This document shows, in pieces, positions 18,861-27,183 of a stretch of DNA of 64,000 nt (positions are counted from its first letter, which is position 1; each line of letters begins with the position of its first letter). The position numbers and the translations under genes were made by a program. The notes under the pieces were generated by a model. It was not told the DNA's origin. It saw only the letters and a program-made list of their open reading frames with translations, and made no database searches. Source of the DNA: Bacillota bacterium (lineage in GTDB: Bacteria; Bacillota; Sulfobacillia; JAUYEG01); NCBI GenBank assembly GCA_030691505.1, contig JAUYEG010000087.1, positions 2,476 to 66,475 on the forward strand, in the 5' to 3' direction.

Positions 18861-19925
18861 TTGACTTTGGAGCAACCCGGGTTCACACCAAGCTCGCTGC
18901 TTGTCCAATGGCCGGTTGACGTCACAGACGTCAAGGCCGTCGGCGACGTGTACAGCGTCGCCGGTGTGGGGCGGCGCTACGTGCTCAAGCCGATCAACAA
19001 GGGCATGCGCCGCGCCCGCTTTATATGTTCGCTGACCGAATACCTCGGCCGCGGGGCTGATCCCCTGACGCCTGGCTTGATCCGCACCCGGGTCGGGAAA
19101 CTGCTGACCACGGAGTCGAGGCGCCGCCACTGGATCCTGTGCGAGTGGATTCCGGGCCGGACGTGCGACTGGGCGGACCTTGGCGACGCCGCGCGCTGCG
19201 CGGCGGCTCTGGCCAGATTCCACACCCAGGCCCGGGACTACTGCCATCTACCCCACGAGCGACCGCAGGCATACTGGGACCGCTGGCCCACACGACTGCT
19301 GCGGCGCTACGAGGCCTTACGGGGCTTCTGCGCGGCTGCCGAGCGCGCGGTCCAGGCCGGCGGGGCCCCGTACTTCGACCGCATGGTCGCGGCCCAATCT
19401 GCCCGTCAGCTTGCCCGGGCCCAAGATGCGATGCGCGTTCTGGCCGCCTCGCCCTACCGGTCGCTCTGCGCCGAGTACCGCCGGCGGGGTCAGGTCATCC
19501 ACGGCGATCCGGCGGGCCGCAACTTCGTTGCGACCGAGAACGGAATGGTGCGTATCATCGACCTCGAGTCGATAAGACAGGACCTGCCGGCCCTGGACAT
19601 CGCCAAGCTCCTGCGGCGCGTACTCAAAAGCCATGGCTGGCGCACCGACGTGGCCATGGCCGTCCTGTCGGCATACGCGGACGCCGGCGGGCTGGACCCG
19701 TCGATGCTGCCCGTGGTATACGCGTTCATCGCCTACCCGATGAAATTTAGCTACGACGTCAGGCGCTACTACACGTGCGCGGAGGGCTGGGCCTACCGCC
19801 GCCACCTTCGGAAGCTGATCAAGCACCTATGGGGAGAAAAAGGCAAACAGCGTTTCCTCGATTGGTTCGGCCGTGATTTCGCCCGGGCGCCCTATGCGGA
19901 GGCCGATCATGCCGGCGGCTGTTGA
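18861..19925 (+). CDS. CotS-family spore coat protein
   Basis: VIHGDPAGRNFV and IIDLES motifs. Confidence 0.8.
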   Translation: MTLEQPGFTPSSLLVQWPVDVTDVKAVGDVYSVAGVGRRYVLKPINKGMRRARFICSLTEYLGRGADPLTPGLIRTRVGKLLTTESRRRHWILCEWIPGRTCDWADLGDAARCAAALARFHTQARDYCHLPHERPQAYWDRWPTRLLRRYEALRGFCAAAERAVQAGGAPYFDRMVAAQSARQLARAQDAMRVLAASPYRSLCAEYRRRGQVIHGDPAGRNFVATENGMVRIIDLESIRQDLPALDIAKLLRRVLKSHGWRTDVAMAVLSAYADAGGLDPSMLPVVYAFIAYPMKFSYDVRRYYTCAEGWAYRRHLRKLIKHLWGEKGKQRFLDWFGRDFARAPYAEADHAGGC

Positions 19926-20691
19926 GGATTTGCAGGCGGTGGTTCTCGCCGGAGGGTTAGGTCTTCGGCTGCGGCCTGCCGTGGCCGACCTGCCCAAGGT
20001 CATGGCGCCGGTCGCGGGGCAGCCCTTCCTGGCCCACCTGCTGGGTCGTCTGCAGAGGCAGGGCGTGCGCCGGGTCGTGCTTTGCGTCGGGCACAAGGCT
20101 GAAGATATCGCCGGGCACTTCGGCGACGGCCGGCGGCACGGCCTTCAGATCACCTACTCCGTCGAGGACACGCCGGCGGGGACGGGTGGGGCGCTCCGGC
20201 TGGCATGCCGGCTGCTGGATCCGGCATTTCTGCTGCTCAACGGGGATACCGCCATCGATCTTGACCTCTGTGAGCTTCGGGACTACCACCGGGCGCGAGG
20301 CGGGTTGGTTACAGTTGTCGGGCGCCGCTGGCGCGGGAGGCCGCGCCAGGACGCCGGTTACGTTCTGGCTGCCCGGGGTGGGCGGGCCCTGGCTTTCACC
20401 CGTGGTCCCGTTGCCGGCCGCGTGTTTCCGGAGGGTGAGCTGTGGGTCAACTGCGGCTGGTTTATGTGCGAACGCCGGGCTGCGGAGATGATCCGGCGAC
20501 CGCCAGGGGCGATGTCCAGCCAGGACGCCCTATCGCTTGAAAGCGGGCTATTCGCGTCCGTGCTTGGCGCCATCTTCGTGTTTCCGACTACGCAGCCGTT
20601 CGTGGATATCGGGACCCCCGAGCGATACCGGCGGCTCAAGCGGGAGTGGGAGGACAATGCAGTACCTGAGCCGGGCCCCCCTGCGGGTTAG
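19909..20691 (+). CDS. hddC: sugar-1-phosphate nucleotidyltransferase (D-glycero-alpha-D-manno-heptose-1-phosphate guanylyltransferase-like)
   Basis: AVVLAGGLGLRLRP ... DLPKVMAPV ... GTGGAL NTP-transferase motifs. Start uncertain (19873-19909). Confidence 0.7.
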   Translation: MPAAVEDLQAVVLAGGLGLRLRPAVADLPKVMAPVAGQPFLAHLLGRLQRQGVRRVVLCVGHKAEDIAGHFGDGRRHGLQITYSVEDTPAGTGGALRLACRLLDPAFLLLNGDTAIDLDLCELRDYHRARGGLVTVVGRRWRGRPRQDAGYVLAARGGRALAFTRGPVAGRVFPEGELWVNCGWFMCERRAAEMIRRPPGAMSSQDALSLESGLFASVLGAIFVFPTTQPFVDIGTPERYRRLKREWEDNAVPEPGPPAG

Positions 20692-21685
20692 CTTCGCGGG
20701 GGGCGGCACCGATGTCTCCCCGTATCCGGAGACGGCCGGCGGGGCGGTGCTCTCCGTTGCCATCAACCGTTTCTGCCGCGCCGTGCTGGCGCCGCGCAGG
20801 GACGGATTGGTGTTCGTGCGCTCGCTCGACTACGGGGTCAGTCACGTATTCCCGATTGACCGGGTGCCGGACTTGACCGGGCCGCTGGCTCTCACCGGAG
20901 CCGTCCTGCGGGCCGCGGGGGATCTTGGTTCAGGCCTTGACCTTGTGTCCGCAAGCGAGGCGGCTCCCGGGTCGGGCCTTGGGGCAAGCAGCGCCCTGGT
21001 TGTCGCCATTCTTGGGGCTGTCCGCGCCTGGCAGGGCCGGCCGTGGACAAACGCTCAGCTTGCCGAACTGGCCTATCGGGTCGAACGGATCGACCTCGGG
21101 CTCAGCGGCGGCCGCCAGGACCAGTACGCGGCCGTCTTCGGAGGCCTCAACTTCCTGGAGTTTCTTCCCGGGCGGACCATCGTCAACCGCCTGCAGCTGC
21201 CTCGAGGCGTCGACGATGGACTCAAAGCGAGCCTCCTTCTCTGTTACACGGGAAAGGGGCATCCCAACGAAGACCTTATCGGCCAGCAGGTCGCCTCCTT
21301 CCGGGCCGGCGAGCGCAAGGTGGTCGCCGCATTGGAACACCTCAAGGAACTCGCTGTGGTCATGAAGCAGGCCCTCGAACGCGGCGACCTCGAGTCTTTT
21401 GCCGGTCTGTTGGCTCAGGGGTGGGAGCACAAGAAGGCCCTTGCCGACGGGATCAGCGACCCGGCCATCGACCGGATGTACCAGGCCGCCCTGGATGCTG
21501 GGGCGCTCGGCGGCAAGTTGTTGGGATCCGGGGGCGGCGGGCATTTGCTGCTCTTTTGCCCGCCATCGAGCCGGGCCCGTGTGGTGGGGGCCGTGCAGGG
21601 CCACGGCTGCCGCGAGGTGCCGTTTGACTTCAGTCCCGGCGGCGTGGAAGCCACGATTTCCGGAGGTGATCCCGTTGCCAGCTGA
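20657..21685 (+). CDS. hddA: GHMP-family sugar kinase (D-glycero-alpha-D-manno-heptose-7-phosphate kinase-like)
   Basis: PLRVSFAGGGTD N-terminus and GHMP ATP motif PGSGLGASSA. RBS GGGAGGA lies upstream of ATG 20657. Confidence 0.75.
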   Translation: MQYLSRAPLRVSFAGGGTDVSPYPETAGGAVLSVAINRFCRAVLAPRRDGLVFVRSLDYGVSHVFPIDRVPDLTGPLALTGAVLRAAGDLGSGLDLVSASEAAPGSGLGASSALVVAILGAVRAWQGRPWTNAQLAELAYRVERIDLGLSGGRQDQYAAVFGGLNFLEFLPGRTIVNRLQLPRGVDDGLKASLLLCYTGKGHPNEDLIGQQVASFRAGERKVVAALEHLKELAVVMKQALERGDLESFAGLLAQGWEHKKALADGISDPAIDRMYQAALDAGALGGKLLGSGGGGHLLLFCPPSSRARVVGAVQGHGCREVPFDFSPGGVEATISGGDPVAS

Positions 21686-22976
21686 GGACCGGCGGGGTTA
21701 CCTTGACGATTGGTTGGCCTGGACTCAGTCCGCGGTGCGGAGTCTGGAGCCTGCCGCACGCTGTCTGGCTGATCTGGTATCCCTGGTGCTTGCGGCGGGC
21801 GGGTCACTGTACGTCTGCGGCAACGGCGGAAGCGCCGCCGATGCCCAGCACTTCGCGGCCGAGCTGGTCGGACGGTTTCTGCGGGAACGTGCGGCGCTGC
21901 CGGTCGTGGCGCTGACGGCGAACACATCGGTACTCACGGCCCTGGGCAATGACTACGGCTTTGACGCCGTCTTTGGCCGGCAGGTCGAGGCCATGGCCCG
22001 CCCCGGCGACTGCCTGATGGTAATCTCCACCAGCGGGCGGTCGCCTAACGTCCTTGCCGCCCTGCGGGCCGGGCGCCGGCAGGGTGTCCTCACCATAGCC
22101 CTGGTCGGGCCGGAAGGGCTTGACCCCTCTGTCGTATCCTGCTGCGATTTCTGCCTGGCCGTGTCGGGCCCGGACGGCGGCACCGCGGAGACCTGGTCGG
22201 GCATGGCCACGCCGCACGTGCAGGAAGTGCATCTGGCCCTGCTGCACTACGTTGCCCACCTCGTGGAACGCGGCGTTGAGTCGCGCAGGGGCCGCCCGCG
22301 GCGATGCGCCCTGCGGCCGGCGGTGTTCCTGGACCGCGACGGCACTGTCGTCCAAGAACGGGGGCACATCACCGATGAGCGCGACCTCGCGGTGTTGCCG
22401 GGCGCTGCGGACGCGGTCAGGCGGCTGAAAGGGGCCGGGTTTGTCGTTGTCCTGACGACCAATCAATCGGTGGTCGCCCGCCGTCTGGTTGACGGGCCGG
22501 GTCTCGAGCGGCTGCACGGCCGCCTGCGGGCGCTTGCCGGCGAGCGCGGAGCTGTCCTCGACGCCATCTACCATTGCCCGCATCACCCCGAGCATGGCCT
22601 GCCGGGTGGGCCGTGCGCCTGCCGAAAGCCGATGCCCGGGATGATGCTCCGCGCCGCGGACGAGATGTCGCTTGACCTGGGAGCCTCATTCGTGATCGGA
22701 GACAACTGGACCGACGTGCAGGCCGCCGCCGCGTGCGGTGCACATGGCGTGCTGGTCCTCACCGGCTCAGGGGCCGGCGCGCTGGCGGCCGGGAGTCCGC
22801 TGGCGGCCGAGAGCGCCGGGCGATGGTCCGTTGCCACCGACCTCGCCGCTGCCGCGGACGACGTGATCGCCCGCCACCGGGCAAACGAGTCGTGGCCGGC
22901 CCCGGGCGGCCGGGCGGGCACCCCGGGACCGGCAGAGGCGGGCAGGGGTCCGGGCGATGATTCGCATCGGCATTGA
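21675..22976 (+). CDS. gmhAB: bifunctional fusion: SIS-domain phosphoheptose isomerase (GmhA) + HAD-type D,D-heptose-1,7-bisphosphate phosphatase (GmhB)
   Basis: SIS motifs (YVCGNGGSAADAQHFAAEL, ISTSGRS) followed by the HAD motif FLDRDGT and a Cys-rich CPHHPEHGLPGGPCACRKP zinc loop typical of GmhB. TTG start with RBS GGAGGTG. Confidence 0.75.
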   Translation: MPAEDRRGYLDDWLAWTQSAVRSLEPAARCLADLVSLVLAAGGSLYVCGNGGSAADAQHFAAELVGRFLRERAALPVVALTANTSVLTALGNDYGFDAVFGRQVEAMARPGDCLMVISTSGRSPNVLAALRAGRRQGVLTIALVGPEGLDPSVVSCCDFCLAVSGPDGGTAETWSGMATPHVQEVHLALLHYVAHLVERGVESRRGRPRRCALRPAVFLDRDGTVVQERGHITDERDLAVLPGAADAVRRLKGAGFVVVLTTNQSVVARRLVDGPGLERLHGRLRALAGERGAVLDAIYHCPHHPEHGLPGGPCACRKPMPGMMLRAADEMSLDLGASFVIGDNWTDVQAAAACGAHGVLVLTGSGAGALAAGSPLAAESAGRWSVATDLAAAADDVIARHRANESWPAPGGRAGTPGPAEAGRGPGDDSHRH

Positions 22977-24102
22977 CGCCCGGCCCTCCGTCTGGTACCG
23001 CGGCACCGGTATCGGCAACTACACGTACCAGCTGGTGCAGCACCTGCAGAGGATGGACCGGGTCAACATGTACTCCATCCTGTGGCCCGACGATTGCCCG
23101 CTTCCCAATCTTCCGCCGCGCTGGCGCGCGACTGCGATGCCGAAAAAGCGCAGTGACGAGCGGCAACTGATCGGCCCGTGGCTGCGGGAACAGGATCTGG
23201 ACGTGTATCACCTGCCGCAAAACGGGCTGCGCGCCCCCGCCGATCTCGGCCGCACCCGGCTGGTGGTGACGATCCATGACCTGATCCCGTTCCTGCTCCC
23301 CGAATACGTGCGCCATTCGTTCGCCAGGCGGTTTCTGCGCGAGGTGCCGGCAGCCGCCAAGCGAGCCGCCCGGGTGGTCACGGTCTCGCGGCGCTCCGCG
23401 TGCGACCTGACCCGCATCCTCGGAGTGGACGAGGGCAAGATCAGGGTTGTCTATCCGGCGCCTGAGGAGGTGTTCCGCCCGGTGCCCGCGGCGGCCAGGC
23501 GGCGGGTCGCGGCCGAGCTGGCGGTCCGGTACGGCGTACATGAGCCGTACGCGCTTTACGTGGGTGGAATCACCCCGCGCAAGAACCTGTTTGATCTGGT
23601 CTATGCGTTTGGCAAGATCTGCCGTCAGCTTGTTCCGCAGATGACCCTGGTCATCTCCGGGCTGCTCGGGCAGCACGGGAGTCAGGTGGCAGAGCTCTCC
23701 GAGCTTCTGGGGCTCAAATCCTACGTGCGCCTGCCGGGCGAGGTGCCCCTGTCCGACCTTCCCGCCCTATACAGCCTGGCCACCTTCGCCGTCTACCCCT
23801 CGATGTATGAGGGATTCGGCCTGCCGCCGCTCGAGGCCATGGCCTGCGGGACGCCGGTGCTGTGCTCCGACGCCGGCTCGCTGCCCGAGGTGGTGGGCAG
23901 GGCCGGGCTGATCGTAAGGTCAGGCGACGTGACCGCGCTGAGCGAGGGCATGCTTCGCCTGGCCGGGGACCCCTGGCTGCGCGACCGCCTGGTGACACGC
24001 GGGGAACGGCATGTCGCCCGTTTCTCGTGGGCGGCCACGGCCGCCGGCATCCTCGACGCATACCGCGAGGCCGCCGCGCAGGAGGAAACCGGTGGCGGAT
24101 AG
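22957..24102 (+). CDS. GT4-family glycosyltransferase
   Basis: [14 protein letters not shown] motif. N-terminal RGTGIGNYT motif. Confidence 0.85.
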   Translation: MIRIGIDARPSVWYRGTGIGNYTYQLVQHLQRMDRVNMYSILWPDDCPLPNLPPRWRATAMPKKRSDERQLIGPWLREQDLDVYHLPQNGLRAPADLGRTRLVVTIHDLIPFLLPEYVRHSFARRFLREVPAAAKRAARVVTVSRRSACDLTRILGVDEGKIRVVYPAPEEVFRPVPAAARRRVAAELAVRYGVHEPYALYVGGITPRKNLFDLVYAFGKICRQLVPQMTLVISGLLGQHGSQVAELSELLGLKSYVRLPGEVPLSDLPALYSLATFAVYPSMYEGFGLPPLEAMACGTPVLCSDAGSLPEVVGRAGLIVRSGDVTALSEGMLRLAGDPWLRDRLVTRGERHVARFSWAATAAGILDAYREAAAQEETGGG

Positions 24103-24134
24103 AACTCCCCCTATGCACCGCACATCTTGCCATA

Positions 24135-24632
24135 ATGCGGCAGGGGAGGCCACCGGCCCCAGTGCAGGTTTTGACGCAGGAGGAGAGGACAACCCGCGAC
24201 TTCGCGGTAACGGTGTTCATCGTCCAACAGGGGCGTGTCGCCCTGCTATACGATGAGCTGGCCGGGACGCTGGCCGCACCCTCGGGCCACATCCGCCTTG
24301 AGGAGCTTCCTGCCCAAGCCGCCGCGCGCGTCGCCCTCGCCCAGACTGGCATGCCCGTTGAGCTGATCTTGCCTTTTGCGCCGGTTTGGGCATCGCCTTT
24401 CCTGGCCCGCCCGGAGGGGCTGCTGCTGGAGGCGATAACCCTCAGCCATGAGCACATCAGCCTGGTCTACTTCGCCCGGCCCGCAACGGGCTTCCGCCTG
24501 CGGCTGAGCGAGGAATTGCCCTTCCTGCGCTGGTTTGACGCCGCCGCCCTGGAGGGCATCGGGCTTCAGCCGGAGATCGCGGGCTGGGCGTCCGAAGCGA
24601 TATCCCGCGACCTCCGCCAAGATCGCCCCTGA
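24135..24632 (+). CDS. NUDIX-like hydrolase-fold protein with a degenerate Nudix box
   Basis: PSGHIRLEELPAQAAARVALAQTGMPV resembles GX5EX7REUXEEXGU, but with the EE pair replaced. Start uncertain. Confidence 0.4.
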   Translation: MRQGRPPAPVQVLTQEERTTRDFAVTVFIVQQGRVALLYDELAGTLAAPSGHIRLEELPAQAAARVALAQTGMPVELILPFAPVWASPFLARPEGLLLEAITLSHEHISLVYFARPATGFRLRLSEELPFLRWFDAAALEGIGLQPEIAGWASEAISRDLRQDRP

Positions 24633-24695
24633 AGTGACGGGCTCAGGCCCGTGCCGGCCCGCGGCCGCGCCCCGGGCCAGCGATTGAGCCTCGCG

Positions 24696-25850
24696 TCAAC
24701 AGGTCGGTACCCCGATATCGGCATGCAGGTAGCCGCCGACCTGCTCGGACGTCTTGACCAGCCCCCGCAGTATCCGCCAGGCCCCCATCGCGTCGTTGAT
24801 ATCGCCCATTTCAACTGGTGAATGCGAGTACCGCCGGGCCAGGGTGATCACGCCCGCGGGGATGCCGTCACGCACCAGGTGCATGGCGGTGGCGTCGGTG
24901 TTGCCGCCGGTGAACGTCGTCACCTGGTACTCGACCCCGGCCGCCCTGGCGGTGTCCTCCAGCAGGCGGCGCACGCCCGGGTTAACCAGGATTCCCTTTC
25001 CCCCGGTGCCCCCGCTCATGACCTGCAAGACCGGCCCACGGCCGATGCCGACCGGCAGTTCCCGGGCGTAGTCGACGTCCGGCGTGTCGCCGCAGGGCAT
25101 CGTATCGAGAGCGATCGCAAGATCCGGGTTGACACGGTGCGCGGCGACGGTAGCACCGCGCAGCCCGACCTCTTCCTGCACCGTGACGACGCCGACCAGC
25201 GTGCCGGCGAACTCCTCGCCGGCCAGCGACTCAAACAGGGCCGCCAGCACGGCGCAGCCCAGCCGGTCGTCCACGGCCTTGCCCGCGAACCGGTCGCCGT
25301 CAGCGAAAAACGTCAGGTCGCTGCGCTGCTCAATCGGGTCGCCGACCCGGATCCCCAGCGCGGCGACGCCTTCGGCGCTCTGCTCGCCCACGTCGATGAA
25401 CAGGTCCGTGTACGGCTTCACCTCGGTCCGCTCCTTGGACGTCTGCAGGTGGCCGGCCTTGACCCCGATGATCCCCAGGTGGCCGCGGATGGTCACCATG
25501 CGTCCGATGAGCAGCGGGTCAAGCATTCCGCCGATCTTGTCAAACCGGACGAAACCGCTCTTTTCAATGCTCTTGACGATTAGGCCGATCTCGTCCGAGT
25601 GAGCGGCGACCATAATTGCCGGTCCCGGCCGCCCGCCGTGCCTGGTGGCGAAGAGGTTGCCCATCGCGTCAACCGCGAGCCGATCCGAGCAGCCGCGCAG
25701 CCGGTCGGCCATATAGCGGGCCACCGGGGCCTCAAACCCCGACACACCCGGGATGGCCGTGAGTTGGACCAGGAGCTCCTTTAGCCGGAGTTTGAGCCTT
25801 TCGTCGGGCCATCCGGCGGTGCCGGGCTGGGGTGCTTCCGATATGGGCAT
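24696..25850 (-). CDS. M42 family aminopeptidase (FrvX/YsdC-like)
   Basis: AAHSDEIGLIV and GKAVDDRLGCA motifs. Confidence 0.85.
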   Translation of the reverse strand: MPISEAPQPGTAGWPDERLKLRLKELLVQLTAIPGVSGFEAPVARYMADRLRGCSDRLAVDAMGNLFATRHGGRPGPAIMVAAHSDEIGLIVKSIEKSGFVRFDKIGGMLDPLLIGRMVTIRGHLGIIGVKAGHLQTSKERTEVKPYTDLFIDVGEQSAEGVAALGIRVGDPIEQRSDLTFFADGDRFAGKAVDDRLGCAVLAALFESLAGEEFAGTLVGVVTVQEEVGLRGATVAAHRVNPDLAIALDTMPCGDTPDVDYARELPVGIGRGPVLQVMSGGTGGKGILVNPGVRRLLEDTARAAGVEYQVTTFTGGNTDATAMHLVRDGIPAGVITLARRYSHSPVEMGDINDAMGAWRILRGLVKTSEQVGGYLHADIGVPTC

Positions 25851-25901
25851 GGGTCTGACTCCTTTCCTGTCGCTTGGTGTAGGATATCCCTGGAATGCGG
25901 G

Positions 25902-26681
25902 ATGCCGGCGGGCAAGCCCCGGCGGCGGCAGACCCCCAGGAGGTGCAGACCTATTTCGCTATCGTCCGCAATCGACCCTCGCGCCCAGGCGGACCGCCCT
26001 TTCCGGGCCCTGATCATCCGCCACGGCCGGACCGAGTACAACCGGTCAAACCAGTTCCGTGGCCGGCTGGACATTCCTCTGGATGAAATCGGCTTGGAGC
26101 AGGCCCAGCGAGTCTGCGAGGTTCTGGCCGGGCCGCCGGAGGGGTGGGGGCCGCCCGTCGCGATCTTCACCAGCCCTCTAACCCGGGCCCGTCAGACCGC
26201 CGCGCCGCTTGCCCTGATCACTGGACTTGAGCCAGTTGTTCACGACGGGCTGCACGATGTGGACGTCGGCGAATGGCAGGGGCGCCCGGGGGATGAGGTC
26301 AAAGCGCAATACCCCGCCGCGTACCGTATGTGGGAGACGGAGCCCGCGGACTTCGTGTTTCCCGGAGGCGAGTCGCTCCGGGCCGCTCAGGACCGCGTGA
26401 TGAGAACCCTGGCGGAGATCCTCAGCCGCTTTCCAGGCCGCACTGTGGCCCTGTTCACGCACAGGGTGCCCGCCAAGCTCCTGATTGCCGGCGTGATGCG
26501 CGCCGGGCCCGAGGCGTTCTGGCGAATGCGCATTGACAACGGTTCGATCAGCGTGGTTGAGTTTGACGGTCGGGACTATGTGCTCACGTTGGCCAACAGC
26601 ACGGCGCATCTGACGGGGGCTGGCGGAGGGGCCGCGGGCGAGGCCGGAGGGGCCGCCTACCGGCGGGCACCCGATTTCTAG
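25902..26681 (+). CDS. histidine phosphatase (phosphoglycerate-mutase-like) family protein
   Basis: RHGRTEYN catalytic motif and FTHR. Start uncertain. Confidence 0.75.
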   Translation: MPAGKPRRRQTPRRCRPISLSSAIDPRAQADRPFRALIIRHGRTEYNRSNQFRGRLDIPLDEIGLEQAQRVCEVLAGPPEGWGPPVAIFTSPLTRARQTAAPLALITGLEPVVHDGLHDVDVGEWQGRPGDEVKAQYPAAYRMWETEPADFVFPGGESLRAAQDRVMRTLAEILSRFPGRTVALFTHRVPAKLLIAGVMRAGPEAFWRMRIDNGSISVVEFDGRDYVLTLANSTAHLTGAGGGAAGEAGGAAYRRAPDF

Positions 26682-26789
26682 TTTCGGAACAAACCGGCCC
26701 CGTGCTCGAGCCCGGCCCCCGTGCCGCCGAGCAGGTCAATCGGCCGGGCGGCGGCGCAGCGACGCCGCAACTGAAGCAGGCTTCATGCT

Positions 26790-26830
26790 GGACTTACCAT
26801 AACGACCGCTGTACAATTGTACGTGTTTGA
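26790..26830 (+). promoter_or_regulatory. putative promoter with a perfect 12-bp palindrome GTACAATTGTAC overlapping a TACAAT -10-like element
   Basis: Read directly from the sequence at 26811-26822, upstream of the ferredoxin ORF. Confidence 0.4.
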
Positions 26831-26854
26831 TTTGGGGGAAAGGGGGAAGACGGA

Positions 26855-27028
26855 GTGGCAGTAACAGTCGATCGTGGTAAATGCAGCGGCTGCGGCACCT
26901 GCGTTGACATCTGCCCGACAGAGGCAATCAAGGTGATCGACAACTTCGCACATGTTACAGAGGCTGACTGCGCCGATTGCGGCACCTGCGTGGATGAGTG
27001 CCCGGAGAAGGCGCTGCTTCTCCCGTAG
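26855..27028 (+). CDS. 2x[4Fe-4S] ferredoxin (57 aa), not listed in the ORF track
   Basis: GTG start after an AAAGGGGGAAG RBS. Translation MAVTVDRGKCSGCGTCVDICPTEAIKVIDNFAHVTEADCADCGTCVDECPEKALLLP contains two CxxCxxCxxxCP motifs. Followed by a Rho-independent terminator. Confidence 0.7.
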   Translation: MAVTVDRGKCSGCGTCVDICPTEAIKVIDNFAHVTEADCADCGTCVDECPEKALLLP

Positions 27029-27080
27029 TCCCGGCAACAATGGCCTCGGGCCCGGGCACCGCTGCCCGAGACGCGCAAAA

Positions 27081-27110
27081 GCCCCGCCAAGCAGCGGGGT
27101 TTTTGGTTTC
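27081..27110 (+). terminator. Rho-independent terminator (CCCCGC-caagca-GCGGGG + TTTTTGGTTT)
   Basis: GC stem-loop followed by a T-rich tract directly after the ferredoxin stop. Confidence 0.6.
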
Positions 27111-27183
27111 TAGCGAATTGCCGGTGATGTCAGCGCCGGCGAGCTTCACTGTCGGACGACATGCCCGGCCGGCTGCTTTCACG

